NCBI GenBank assembly: GCA_030704615.1
Contig: CM060731.1
Coordinates: 11,284,001 to 11,348,000, forward strand
Origin: Takakia lepidozioides
Taxonomy: Eukaryota; Plantae; Bryophyta
Direction: 5' to 3'
Length of the DNA: 64,000 nucleotides
Shown: in pieces, positions 28,303-42,279 of the stretch
Numbering within the stretch: position 1 is the stretch's first letter
Layout: every line of letters begins with the position of its first letter
Made by a program: the position numbers and the translations under genes
The notes under the pieces: generated by a model
Told to the model about the DNA's origin: nothing
Seen by the model: only the letters and a program-made list of their open reading frames with translations
Databases searched by the model: none

Positions 28303-29972
28303 ATGGCGGAGGACGAAGACAGAGGAGGTCATCCCAGGGATGACGATAATGAACTTGGACCTCCAAAAAAAAAACCAAAAAGGGCCAGGCGCAAACTTCG
28401 TTGGGACATATATAATGACCCCAACATTCTTGCGGAACCAGGTTGGGAAGTTTGGAAGTTGGGGCAGCGGTGGTCGCTTGGTGACTGCAGGAAATTTGTG
28501 GACTGGTGTCACATAAATCGTTTGTGGCCCAGAGATAGACATGATCCACAAACCAAACAAAATCAAGCTAGCTTGCATTCCTGCACCAACCCGCATTTCC
28601 GCCACATGGCATAGGAGGTACATACAACATTGTGGGGTCAACCGCTCGTCAACAACAAGGTCTCTATTTGCGGCCATGTTGTACACAGAGTTGATTTTAT
28701 TGCGACCGGTGGATTGGCAAACTGCCACTGCGAGACAGCGTACTAGACTATACATGTTCTCTGATATCCCAGACTTGTATATACGTCAGGGGCAGGACAT
28801 CATACGGTTCGATGGAAACGACGAGATGGAAGAAGGAGGAAATGTAGACCAACCTCCAGATTATACGCCGCAACATGTCTCCGCAGCCGGGCCTTCAACG
28901 TCTGAGGTGGAGGAGGGTGAGGTACGCTCTCCGTTGGAAGAACAGTTGGCCGCACATGAACAACACATCAAAGACCTGTAGGACATTGTTCATTTGCAAT
29001 GGTGGCAACTAGCGAAGTGGCTGGAAAGAATGGGGTTGGGGACTCTCGACAGTGTACGCGGTGTGCTTCAAGACCCGAGGCCAATCACCAACGAACAAGA
29101 CATATTGGCGCATTTGAATATGCCACCAATGGACATTGACCGCGTCATCGACGGGGTTGACTCAATCGGGCATGGGAATAAAGTGCAAACGTCTGAACTG
29201 GACCCGGCGAGGGTTGAGGAAGAAAGACTTGTGGTGGAGAGGGCAAGAAAATGGAAGGACCCTATAGTGGAAACTGAGGAATGTTCAGCCGTGCAAATGA
29301 CATCGGCCCAAGAACATGAATTAGAGCAGCTTGTGGGGGAACGCGAGCAAGCTAGGGCTGTTGCATGTCGGTACTCAAATGTCATGCAAATCCGATCGTG
29401 GCCATGGTTGAAGGGGAATTGGCGGAATTGGGTGACATGGGCGGGCCAACTAACATCGCGGGAAACACGGATAGAAGAAGCGATGTTCTCCCTCCAACGT
29501 GCAGCACGTTTGTCGAATCGAAGCGTAGATAGCATCTATGCTAATTTGCAAAAGCACGACACTGTGCGTGATGTATTCACGTCGAAGTACACTGGATTCA
29601 CCACATGGGGTGATGTGCATGCCATGTTTGAGCACTGTGTGCATACAATTTCCGATACCAATAACAGCATAAACTGGGATTTGGAAGTAGATGAGGAGTG
29701 GGACACCAGGCCGAGGATGTCATCCTACATTAATGAGGATAAACGGACGTGGATACCACAGAGCAATCCAGCGTCATGGGTAACAGATGGTACGGTGTGC
29801 ACAATGTGCCTAAACCCTTATGGACCGGAGGGAGGCTATATGTTTGGTTCATGTGGCCATTTGTTCCATCCCACATGTCTCATATCGGCAGCCATGCGAG
29901 CCAGCCAATGCCCTGACTGCCGTGGACCAATCCATCAACGTTTCTACGAGTTGTTTGGGTTGCAAGACAATA
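28303..29972 (+). pseudogene. Intronless RING-H2 protein gene (cargo), 5' part; interrupted by the gypsy insertion
   Basis: NLS-like PPKKKPKRARRK; frameshift at ~28540; in-frame TAG at 28979; C3H2C3 finger CTMC-x14-CGHLFHPTC-x10-CPDC. Confidence 0.8.
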
Positions 29973-32900
29973 TGTCGCGGCCCTTTGCCTTGAGGGCAGG
30001 GGGTCGGGACACATGAGGAGCTGCCCCTGTGGTGGGGGCAGCGGCAGCGATAGGTATGGGGGGCTGAAGCACCCTTGAGTGCCCAAGGCACTCAAGGAGG
30101 CGGAGGCGCTCACTAGGTGGAGCCCCGCACACCGGGTTGCGGTGGGGGTGGCATAGGACTCACCATGGGGGCGAGACCTCGTGGTGGGAGTCGTGGGGAG
30201 TCTTGGGACTCATCACGGTCCATAAGGGCCGTGGTGAGTGGGCCAAGACTCACCGCGACTCATCACCGGGAGTCGAGGGTTTTCGTGGTGGTTCGCCATA
30301 AAATGGCATGGCTGGTTGTGAAACCCCGCGGACAGCTACAGAAGTATATATAGGGAGTAGTATCCCCGAGAACGGTGCAAGCCCGTTGGTGACCAAAAAC
30401 TAGTGAGTAAGCGAGCGAGCCGGAAAGCAACCAAAGAGTGGGGAGCTGTTCCGGACTGCCATCTACCAAAGGGAATTCCACTAGTCCCAAATAGGTGGAG
30501 GGTTTAGTGGGAAGCGAAGGGGGACTGTTATGTCCCGGTGAGCAGCCGAAGCTCCAAGTTGGCCCGGCGGCCAGGTTGGGAGTCAGGCGCGCGCATCAAA
30601 GCGAGTAACTATGACGTGAAGGGGAGCTTACCGAAGGGAGGTGCGCGACACTTGGTATCAGAGCTTAGAGTTTAGTACGCGATCGTCCTTGGGATTGGCC
30701 TCATCATGGGGTCGGGCAAGCCAAAGCGAAAGCGGAACGGCCCAAAAGATGATGATCCTGGTGAGCCCGATGGGGGCGACGTGTCACCGAAGCGGCCGTT
30801 TGAGGAAGCGACGCAGGTTTCTGAAAGCGAGGCCGCTCAAGAGTGGGAGGAATCCGAGGAGTCGAAGCCCGAGGAATCCGTGAGAGCTCTGACTGCTCTA
30901 GCTCCAGGAGCCAGGTGTTGAGTGCCTTCCGATTTCGGATGCCCTTGAAGGTGTCGGGTTCCTTAGGCTTCACTTTAAACTTTGCCTTAGTGGAAGTGGC
31001 ATTAGCCGCCTTCAACACGTCTTTCAACGTCCTGCCAAACTGCGCCAACAACCCTTCCCAAAAGGCTGTCGGCATGGGAGACATCTGTTGGTCGGGTGGA
31101 AGTGGCTCCCACCTATTTGAGGGGCTATGCTCAACAATGGTGGCAGAAACGCCTTCACGACCGAGGCCCAAGCCCGGAAACCTTGAACTGGAGTGGGTTC
31201 AAGGAATTAATGAAGAGATAGTTTGTGCCCCTCAACGCGTCCTGACTTGCCCGGGACAAGATGAGGAATTTGAAGCAAACAGATGACATTCGGGGGTATG
31301 TCCAGGCTTTCAATGTGCTGTTGCTCGAAGTCGCGGACATGGCAGAACCAGAAATGGTCTTCAACTTTGTGGCGGGACTGGCCCCATGGGCCAGGCGGAA
31401 GTTGGAGGAGAAGCCACCCAAGACTTTGAACGAGGCAATTGAGAGGGCTGAATGTTTCTCGGATGTCCCTAGGGGTGAGAGACAAGGCCGTACGGAGCTG
31501 AACCACAGAAAGACCCGGCGGGAAGGTGACTCCTTCCGACCGGAAAAGAAGTGGGATAGGCCACGCGGCGACAATGGCACGTGGAAATCGAAGGGAGGGC
31601 CTTCACACGTCAAGGCGGCACCCGGTGCTTCGAAAGGAAAAGCGGGTGGAGCGGCTTATGGCGGACAAAGACAACCTTTGATGGAGTGTGTTTCAATTGT
31701 GGGGAGCCCGGGCACATGGCCAAGAAGTGCACGAAACCTCGACAATTGAACATGACTCGGGCAACCACGGAGCTGTCAGAAGATACCATCAGTCGCTTGG
31801 TGGAAGCGGTGGTCGCCAGGACTTGCAAGGTAGGCAACTATTCTTGTGATCAGGAAACTGGCGCCCTGCGTAAAGGGAGTCAGTTATTGTTCGTGGATGG
31901 GATAATATCCGGAACTAACGTGTCGTTGTTGTGGACACAGGAGCGCGCACTCCTTCATGACGCCGGCGGCGGCGCGAAAGTTGGGACTCCCGACAAGTGA
32001 CGTGGGGCCCTCTATTGAGGTGCGTTCTGCCAAAGGAGAACCACAGTTGGCGACAAGGTTGGCGTTTGATGTTCCTCTTCAACTGGGGAGTTGGGAGGGA
32101 CGTGAGAACTTCACCATCTGCGAGATCGATGGAGTGGATCTCATTTTGGGGATGACCTTTTTTAGCAAATCCGGAGCGGTCATAGATGGCCGCAAGAGAG
32201 TAGTCACGCTGCCATGTGGGAATGGTGGCGAGGCCTTACGAGTGTCGGAAACGCCCAAATCCGTGGGAGGGGGAATAAACCTTCTGTAAGCAAGGGAGTG
32301 GGCCGTGGAGGAGGCACATGAGCCCCAGTTTTTGCTTTACATTAGAGAAGTGAAGGGAGAAGGCGATGGGGAGCCGAGCCCCGATTGCATCAAGGGGATC
32401 TTGGAGAAATACCAAGATGTGATGCCGGAGGATTTACCAAGCGGCTTGCCACCGCGAAGAGGAGTTGACCACAAGATTGAGGTGATACTGGGATCGGAAC
32501 CGCCTGCCAAGGCACCCTACCGGTTGAGCCACAGGGAGTTGGTCGAGCTGAAGACTCAGCTCAAGGATCTAATGTCAAAGGGGTACATCCGGCCGAGTAA
32601 GTCACCTTACGGAGCCCCGGTGCTATTCGCAGACAAGAAGGATGGGACGCTGCGGATGTGTGTCGATTATAGGGCTTTGAATAAGGTGACTATTAAAAAC
32701 CGGTACCATTTGCCAAGGATCGACGACCTTTTCGATCGATTGGCAGGAGCGAAGTATTTCAGCCGGATCGACTTGCGCTCCGGCTATCATCAAATTCGGG
32801 TGGCGGAAGGAGATGAGGAGAAGACCGCGTGCAGGACAAGGTATGGTTCTTATGAGTTCTTGGTGATGCCTTTTGGGCTCACGAATGCACCGGCGACCTT

Positions 32901-35900
32901 TAGCACGCTGATGAACAGCCTTTTTCAGGAGTGGTTGGATGACTTTGTGATCGTGTACATCGACGACATCTTGGTGTACTCGAAAACAAAGGAAGAACAC
33001 CTGGAGCACCTCAAAAGGGTGTTCCAAAAGTTGCGGGAAGGGAAGCTGTACGCCAAAGCTTCAAAATGCGAATTCGGGGTCATGAAAATGGAGTTCTTGG
33101 GGCATGTGATTACACAGGATGGGATCAAAATGGATGACAGAAAGATGAGGGCGATCTTGGACTGGGAGCCTCCGACTTCGGTCCCGGGAGTGCGATCCTT
33201 CTAGGACTCGCCTCCTATTACCGGAAGTATATGAGAAATTTCGCCAAGATTGCGGGGCCGCTGTCAGACCTTCTGTGTAAATCTAAAGCCTGGGCATGGA
33301 ACACTTTTTGTGGCCGAGCTTTTGCTGAATTGAAGCAGCGGATGGCGAAGCTCCAGTCTTGAAAATCCCGGAGTTCGATCGTCCCGTTCGAGATACATAC
33401 AGATGCGTCGGACTTCGCGATTGGGGGTGTACTGATGGCATGACGTCCAGTGGCTTACGAAAGTAAGAAACAGAATGAAGTGGAGCGATGGTGGCCGACA
33501 CACGAAAAGAGAGATGAAGGCGTGGTGCACTGCCTTTGAGCTTTGGCGCCACTAGTTTGGTTCCAACCCAGTGAAGGTGTTCACGGACACAGTGAAGTTT
33601 TGCCACGCAGCCCAAGTTGTCCCCAAAACAACTTAGGTGGCAAGATACTTTGGCGGGTTCGACGTGGATATCCAGTACAAACCGGGAAGACAACGTGGTG
33701 GCCGATGCTTTAAGTAGAAAGCAGCAGCTCTGTTGGTGTACAAGGGCAAGACGGCGCTCCAAAGGAAGATCCGGAAGGCTGGCCGGAAGATGAGCTGGCG
33801 AAGTCCGTGATGCAGGACTTGAGGATGGGGGTTAAATCGCAGTTCCACTTGCAAAATGGACTGCTCCGGTATAAGCAAAACGTCTCTACGTGCCGAAGGG
33901 AAGGATCAGAGATAGCCTCTTGAGAGAATGCCATGATAGCCCGCTTGCGGGCCACGGCGGAGCCAAGCGCACTGCGGCACTCTTGAAGAAAGAGTATTTC
34001 TGGCCCAAACTGAGGAGGAGGCAGAGGAGTATGTCAAGACATGCACCACATGCCAACAAACCGGAGCGAGTACAAAAAGCAAGCGGGGCTGTTACAACCC
34101 TTGCCGATTCCAGAGGGGACTTGGGAAAGCGTCTCGATGGATTTCATGACTGCTATGCCGCTGTCAAAAGGATTCGATGCAATCATGGTGGTGGTGGACA
34201 GGTTCAGTAAAATGGGCCATTTCATCCCCACCAAGGAGACGGCAACGGCGCAGGAGACAGGGCGACTTTACTTTGCCCACGTCTTAAAGCATCATGGAGT
34301 CCCGAAGGATATTGTCTCGGACCGCGATCCAAAGTTTACGAGTAAATTTTGGAGGGCACTTGGAAGAAGATGGGGACGAGGCTGAAGATGAGCACCGCCT
34401 TCCGACCTACGACCGACGGCCAAACAGAAAGAGTGAATTCCGTAGTGAAGCAGATCTTGCGGAATTACGTGTCGGCAGACCAAACAGACTGGGTGGAACA
34501 CTTAGACGGCAGAGTTCTGTTATAGAAACACTCCGCAAAAAACCCCTTTTTATTGGTCTATGGAAAAGCACCTCTGGTGCCGACAAGTTGGGCCGCCCAG
34601 GACGTCGAGAACCGGCAGTAGCGGCGGTACTGGAAGAACGCGAGCGTTTGTGAAGCTCGCAAAGTACAACATTGCCAAAGCCAGGAAACGGTATGAAAGG
34701 CAGGCGAATCGGAAGCGGAGGGAAGTGAAGTTTGAGGCAGGCAGAGGTCTGGTTGAACATCAAGAATTTCCGACTACCTCCGGAAGTGAGTCCAAGTTCG
34801 TACCTCCGTATGCGGGACCCTTTCGCATTCGGAAGGTTATGAATGAGGATGTGTATGAATTGGAGCTGCCGGCAAACAGCAAGGTGCACCCAGTATTCCA
34901 TGTCTCCCTTTTGAAGCCTTACTTCAAAGATGAAGTGCGTCCGAATCGGCACAATTGTTGCGTCCGCCACCTATGCTGTTGATCATGAAAATGAACCTGA
35001 GTACGAGGTAGGCAATACTTAAGTCGAGGAGGTTCAGGAACCGAGAAACGGAGTATCTCGTCAAATGGAAGGGCTATCATCAGGTGGAGGCATCTTGGGT
35101 GCGTGCCTCAGAAATGGGAAACGCATCCGAGGCGGTTGCAGTTTTCGAAGGGCGACCTCAAAAGCGGAAGAAGAGTTGATGGGGACATCAACCTTGGAGC
35201 GTGGGGGAGGAAATGCATGCTTAGCCCGGCTTAGCTAGCTTAGGAATCCGATTAAAAACTTGTATTGTACAAAAAATTGTTATAAAGGAAATGGGTTCCA
35301 AATGTTGTGCGTCCTATTTTGTTTGGAATGGTGATGCATGGTATGGTTGGCTAGTGTGTAGAATGCATGCTAGCTTATAAAAGTGGGAGAGGTAAATTGG
35401 GTTAATCGTGTGTTTGCGTAGTGCCGAAATCGGGTGACCCCATCCAAGGGGCAAGGAAACTTGCGACTTCTTTGGGAGTTCACGTGCTAGTGCGCACCTG
35501 GCGCGTGCGCGTACTATAACTGCGCTACCGAGGGGGTTGCCTTGTAGTGCGGGCTAACGCGGAAGCTACGTGCTTCCGTTCACGTACTATAATCGTGTAG
35601 CCTCGGGACGAAGTCGTAGTGCGGCTTCGGCGTGTTCCCGTACCTCAGGCCAGCATTCCAAGGCGGACCCAATTGTAGTGATTGGGGCGCACGGTTGGTT
35701 CAAGGTTATCTTCCTAGTCAAAGAGGGTTCCAGGGAACCCTTGCTCAAGGTGATGCCAAAAGCGGCATCATGAGCAATCGCAAGCAATGTTGTTGCAGTA
35801 AGGCGATTCGATCCTCGGGGAGGATCGTTCCTTGGCCTTGAAGTAGGCCAAGAAGAGTGCACTGGGAGGAGCTGGAGAGCTCCACCCTTGGCCGGGACTT

Positions 35901-36799
35901 GGAGGAAGTCGGCCGAACTAGCTAGTGGAGAGTAGAGTCAAGTGTGGGGTTTGGTTTTTTGCCATGGGACGCCATGGTGCGGAAACAAACTCCTTGATGT
36001 GGGACGCCACAACTTGGATGTTCGTTTCTACAAAATGGACAAGTCGATGAGGACATCGACTCCCTGTTGGTAGGGGTGTGTGTCGCGGCCCTTTGCCTTG
36101 AGGGCAGGGGGGTCGGACACATGAGGGCTGCCCCTGTGGTGGGGGCAGCGCAGTGATAGGTATGGGGGGCTGAAGCACCCTTGAGTGCCCAAGGCACTCA
36201 AGGAGGCGGAGGCGCTCACTAGGTGGAGCCCCGCACACCGGGTTGCGGTGGGGTGGCTCCACAAGGGGTGGTGGTAGCTTAGCGGGACTTAGTGGGGTGG
36301 CATAGGACTCACCATGGGGCGGAGACCTCGTGGTGGGAGTCGTGGGGAGTCTTGGGACTCATCACGGTCCATAGGGGCCGTGGTGAGTGGGCCAAGACTC
36401 ACCGCGACTCATCACCGGGAGTCGAGGGTTTTCATGGTGGTTCGCCATAAAATGGCATGGCTGGTTGTGAAACCCCCGCGGACAGCTACAGAAGTATATA
36501 TAGGGAGTAGTAACCCCGAGAACGGTGCAAGCCCGTTGGTGACCAAAAACTAGTGAGTAAGCGAGCGAGCCGGAAAGCGACCAAAGAGTGGGGAGCTGTT
36601 CCGGACTGCCATCTACCAAAGGGAATTCCACTAGTCCCAAATAGGTGGAGGGTTTAGTGGGAAGCGAAGGGGGACTGTTATGTCCCGGTGAGCAGCCAAA
36701 GCTCAAAGTTGGCCCGGCGGCCAGGTTGGGAGTCAGGCGCGCGCATCAAAGCGAGTAACTATGACGTGAAGGGGAGCGTACTGAATGGGGTTCGCGACA
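29973..36799 (+). mobile_element. Ty3/gypsy chromovirus copy 1 (LTRs 29973-30650 and 36081-36799; possibly Galadriel-like), frameshifted
   Basis: TG..CA LTRs; TSD CAATA; PBS TGGTATCAGAGC (tRNA-iMet) at 30653; gag CCHC, protease region, RT YIDD, RNase H, integrase, chromodomain (EYLVKWKGY); purine-rich tract before the 3' LTR. Confidence 0.95.
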
Positions 36800-36804
36800 C
36801 AATA

Positions 36805-37716
36805 TGCCCACGGATACGAGTACAACCGTTAACAACATCCCTTGGATGTATCGCCTTACGATTTTTTTAATGGCAGCACTGGGGGGAGACAATGACATAG
36901 GATGCTCCAAGAGAGATGCACGCCTTGGATGCGAAGACGTTAACTAGGGTTAAAGATCCGGTGATCTTTTGGGTGACATCCAACTGGGAAATAACCGTGC
37001 GTGCTAGAGGCATACGGGACCCAGTCCAAATGAAGCTTTTTTGCCGGAACTTGGGAGGGCATTGGAGCTTAAACCAAACAAAGATTCGTCCGACTGCCTG
37101 AGGATCCGTGTGGTTGTGCCAGCGGAAAACGACCCATACAATCGCGAACTGATTGGGAGAGACATATTTCTGAGGAGTTGGAGGCCGCTAGCATCCGTTG
37201 GGAGGATATGAATGAGACGTATTGGGTGCCTCGTCGGGATGATGGGCCATTTCTTCCAGAGTTTGCGTAGAGACCCCTAGCAGCGAGGTGTTTGGACAAT
37301 TTCAAGGCTGCCATCACGAGTGTTCTAAAGTATTGGCTAACAACCATGGCATGACCAAGTTGCCCCTATTCCAGGGGTGTTCTTGCCACTTTCCAAACAT
37401 ATCGTATTTAATTGAAAAAATTGCATGCCGTAGCAAGAGTGACACCCCTGCTCTGACAATGTGGAAGAGAGTCAGCACTCGCCTAGAACGCTACGCATGA
37501 TAGCAAGGGTGACCACACAACACTGGGTCCCTCTTTGACCACTCGAGCCCAGGCTCGAGCTCTCCGTACTGGGGGGGCACGTCCTCTACACCCCTGATCT
37601 CTTCATCAACATCTGGAGATGACGACAACGAAGTAATAAATCTAGATGAGATGACTAGAAATGCTAGAAACGTAGGGAGTAGGCCAAAGGGAGGTCTCAG
37701 GTTGCAAAACACTTAA
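36805..37716 (+). pseudogene. 3' remainder of the RING-H2 cargo gene (degraded)
   Basis: Coding-like fragments continue past the TSD (DPVIFWVTSNWEITVRARGIRDPVQMKLFCRNLGGHWSL); the end is approximate. Confidence 0.5.
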
Positions 37717-37764
37717 ATGTGCAACCCACTGTATAGTCTATCGTAATTTTGGAAAATACGAGGT

Positions 37765-40700
37765 TTATCCATTGAACCATTTTTGAATGACCTCATACTT
37801 GTTCGGTACCTGTTTGATGACATGTACAATATACTGGCAAAGTTTCAAAACAATCAAAAATTGCCGATTGAAGATACCATTGGTTCACCCATTGCAATAT
37901 TTTAAATCGAACTCATACTTGTCCGTACCTTTAAGAAGGCATGTACAATCCATGACAAAGTTTGAAAGCATTCAGAAATCGGCACATCAAGTAACCATTG
38001 GTTCCTCCTGTGAACCATTTTTTATTGATCTCATACTTGTCCGGTCCATATAAGAGGCATGTAGAACGTACTGGCAAAATTTCAAATCATTCAATTTTTT
38101 TTTTATCAAGGAACCTTTGGTTTATCCTTTTCACCATTAACGATTAATCACAAATAAATGAACAGACGCATAAATCATTTGCCTCCAAATGATTTTGGTT
38201 CGCTTTGAGACTTGGCCAGTATCTTCAATGTACCATGAAAGAGGCCCCAGAGTAATATGAGATCAATCGAAATTTGTTCAATGGGCCGACGGATGGTTGC
38301 CCATCCAAATGATTTTTGTTCACTTTGAGACTTGGCCAGTGTGTTCAATGTACCCTCTAATAGGTCCCAGTGTAATATGAGATCAATCGAAATTCGTTCG
38401 ATGGGCCAATGAGGCGTTCAGTTGTCATCTAGTTTTTGTTCATTACGAAAAAGAAATCCTGCAATGCGTGCACGGCTATTGCACCCATTGAACGGATGTG
38501 GTTGAATCCCCTCTTTTTCCCGCATGTGCTTGAACATGTGTGTGACACATGTGCAGAGACACAACAGACGAATAAATCATTTGCCTCCCCATCGACATCA
38601 AGCCATTCCATAATGTAATTGAATTTAAATTAATTTTAAGCCAATAAATAGATTTGCACTGCCTTTCATTGGGGATTTCTGGCACGTATCGATTTTGTTT
38701 TTGGCTCAATTTTGTTCTGCAGTTTCCAGCATCCCACCACTACTCCCCCACCAAAATTTGGACCAATCAAAAATGCCCCCAAAAAAAAAGTGTTATCTTC
38801 GTTCACTATTGCAGAACTCTCTATAAAGAGTGCATGAAGTTGAACACAAATCAAGTTTGGAGTGCAAAACAGGGAAGAAACTGTGGTTTTGGGTCCAAAT
38901 GAATTATGTTCGTTCCCAAATTTGGCACGCACGTTGCATATGGCTACATTACACGCCTCATTCAAAAATCGAATGAAAAAAAATCATGAGCACGCGAAAC
39001 ACAGTCCAACAGGTCCCAAAGCAATAGCAGATACAACGGAATACATTCAACGGGTGAACGGATGGTTGCCCATCCAAATCATTATTGTTTGCTTCCAAAC
39101 TTTGCCAGTACGTTCGAGACACCCTCTCACAGGTCCCGGACTAATATCAGATCAATCAAAATTCATTCGATGGCTCAACGGATGGTTGGCCATCGAGATG
39201 ATTTTGGTTCGCTTTGAGACTTGGCCAGTATGTTCAATGTGCCATGGAAGAGGCCCTAGAGTAATATGAGATCAATCGAAATGAAGCCCCTGTTTTGCCC
39301 GCATATGCTTGAACATGTGTGTGACACGTATGCAGAGACACAACAGACGAATAAATCATTTGCCTCCCCATCGACACCAAGCCATTCCATAATGTAATTG
39401 AATTTAAATTAATTTTAAGCCGCATAAATGAAATGTACGAGTACACACCTGTTCCTGCTGGTCGTGAATTTATAGTGAAGCAATGTGGCAAGATAGTTTG
39501 CACTGCCTTTCATTGGGGGTTTCTGGCACGTATCGATTTTGTTTTTGGCTCAATTTTGTTCTGCGGCTTCCAGCATCCCACCACTACTCCCCCACAAAAA
39601 TTTGGACCAATCAAAAATGCCCCCAAAAAAAAAGTGTTATCTTCGTTCACTATTGCAAAACTCTCTATAAAGAGTGCATGAAGTTGAACACAAATCAAGT
39701 TTGGAGTGCAAAACAGGGAAGAAACTGTGGTTTTGGGTCCAAATGAATTATGTTCGTTCCCAAATTTGGCACGCACGTTGCATATGGCTACATTACACGC
39801 CCCATTCAAAAACCGAATGAAGAAAAAAAATCGTGAGCACGCGAAACACAGTCCAACATGTCCCAAAGCAATAGCAGATCCAACGGAATACATTCAACGT
39901 GAACGGATGGTTGCCCATCCAAATTATTATTGTTTGCTTCCAAACTTTGCCAGTACGTTTGAGACACCCTCTCACAGGTCCCGGACTAATATCAGATCAA
40001 TCAAAATTCATTCGATGGCTCAACGGATGGTTGGCCATCGAGATGATTTTGGTTCGCTTTGAGACTTGGCCGGTATGTTCAATGTGCCATGGAAGAGGCC
40101 CCAGAGTAATATGAGATCAATCAAAATTCTTTCAATGGGCCGACGGATGGTTGCGCATCCAAATGATTTTCGTTCGCTTTGAGATTTGGCCAGTGTGTTC
40201 AATGTACCCTCTGATAGGTCCCATTGTAATATGAGATCAATCGTTAACGATTAATCATGAATCATCCAACAGGGGAACTGTTGGTTCACCCTTTGAACCA
40301 TTTAACATTGACATCATACTTGTCCAGTAACTTTAAGAGGGCATGTACAAGACACTCGCAAAGTTTCAAATGAATCCAAATCATTTGGCAGGGGAATGAT
40401 TGGTTCACCCATAGCCAATTTCAGGGGCTGAAATTGCCATTTATGGGGCTCGAATTGCCAATTTCAGGGGTTGGACTTGCAATTTGAGAGGCTGAAACTA
40501 CCATTCCAGGGGCTTCAATTGCCAATCTCAGGGGCTGCACTAGCAATTACCATTTCACAAGCTACAGTTGCAATTTGAGGGGCGGGAATTGTCATTTCAG
40601 GGGCTAGAAGTGCAATTTGAGGGGTTGAAATTATATTTCAGGGGCTTCAATTGCAATTTGAGGGGTTGGAATTGACAATTTCAAGGGCTCAAATTACAAT

Positions 40701-42092
40701 TTGAGGGGCGGCCGGGGTTGGTCATTTTAGGGATTGACATTACCAATTTTAAGGGCTTGAATTGTATTTTGAATTGTAATTCAAGGGTTACAATGGGCCA
40801 TTGGGGGGCTAGAATTACCAAAGCAATGACATCCAAAGCAATATAAAATCATTTGATAGCGGAATGATTGGTTCACCCTTTCAACCATTTTTTATTCACG
40901 TCATACTTGTCCGGTACTTGTAGGAGGGCATGTGGCTGACACTTGCAAAGCTTCAAAGCAATGTAAAATCATTTGATAGGGGAACAATTGGTTCACCCTG
41001 TCAACCATATTTTACTAACCTCATACTTGTTCGGTACCTTTAAAATGGCATGTGAAAGACACTTGCAAAGCTTTAAAGCACTCCAAAATCATTTGATGTG
41101 TTTATGATTGATTCACCCTTTTAACCATTTTAGATTGATTGGAAACTTGTGAAAGACCTGTAAGAGGGCATGTACAAGACACTTGCAAATTTCAAATCAA
41201 TTTAAAATCATTTGGTAGGGGGGACGATTGGTTCACCCTCTAAACCATTTTAGATTGATGTCATACTTCTCAAAGACGTGTAAGAGGGCATGTAGAAGAC
41301 ACTTGCAAAGTTTCGGAGCAATAAAATATCATTTCATCGGGAAAGTTTCCGTTCACTCTTTCATCCAATTTTGAATTGAACTAGATTTTTACTAAATAAA
41401 ATGATTTAGAGGGCATAGGATTGTGGGGCGCAATGAGTGTGGGTCGCAAGGATTTTGTTTTTGGCTTGATTTTGTTATGTGAGTTGAACCCTCACACCAC
41501 CACATCCTTGCCAAAAAATGTACCAAAGAAAATGTTTGGAAAAAAACGTTCATCCTTTGCTCTATGCTCTATATTACAGAACTCTCTATGAAGAGTGCAT
41601 GAAGTTGAAGATAACTTCACCTTGGAGTGCAAATGAGGGAATAAAACATGTTTTGGATGGAGACGATGTCTGTTCATGGTGATATTTTGCATGCAACTCT
41701 TCGTGTTGTTATCAAGTATATGGCTTTAGAATGGAATTAAAAACAATTCATGTGAAGGCGAAAGATTGTTTTTCCTTATGAATTTGAATAACCGATTCAA
41801 ACAACTTTGTTGAAGTTCAACTTTGGTCCATATGTGCTTAAGTACGTACAAATCACGTACATAAAGTTGCAAGCGAAGAAATAATCATTTGCCCCCCGAA
41901 CGACTCGTTAAACCTTTCAACCAATTTTCAATCATGAATCATTTAATAGGGGAACTATTGGTTCACCCTTAGAACCATTTTAGATTGACCTCATACTTGT
42001 CCGGTAATTTAAAGAGGACATGTACAACACACTCCCAAAGTTTCAAATCAATCTAAAATCATTTGGCAGGGGAACGATTGGTTCACCCATTG
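37765..42092. repeat. Complex satellite block: ~120-bp units in both orientations, a ~0.8-kb tandem duplication (38509-39281 / 39287-40125), and a ~20-bp minisatellite (40413-40820)
   Basis: Recurring ttggttcaccc..tcatacttgtccggtacc..gggcatgt..caaagtttcaaa..aaatcattt and its diverged reverse complement; repeated aattgc(c)aattt(c/g)agggg. Confidence 0.88.
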
Positions 42093-42279
42093 ACCCGGTG
42101 TACACTGTCACTCTTCAAGATTCGTGGGTGTGGTGCTTGATTATCCCATATGATGGACCCAGGTGCCATGGCCAAGTAACAAACCATTAAAACATTATGG
42201 TACGAGACAAACACAATTGAAAACAACATTTATTTAAACATGATGTACAGTCAGAGGTCTACAAGTTTCTATCCATCCT

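Noticed and set aside
38429-40202. Repeated ORFs in the satellite block
   Set aside because: By-products of the tandem duplication; frames are not conserved between copies.
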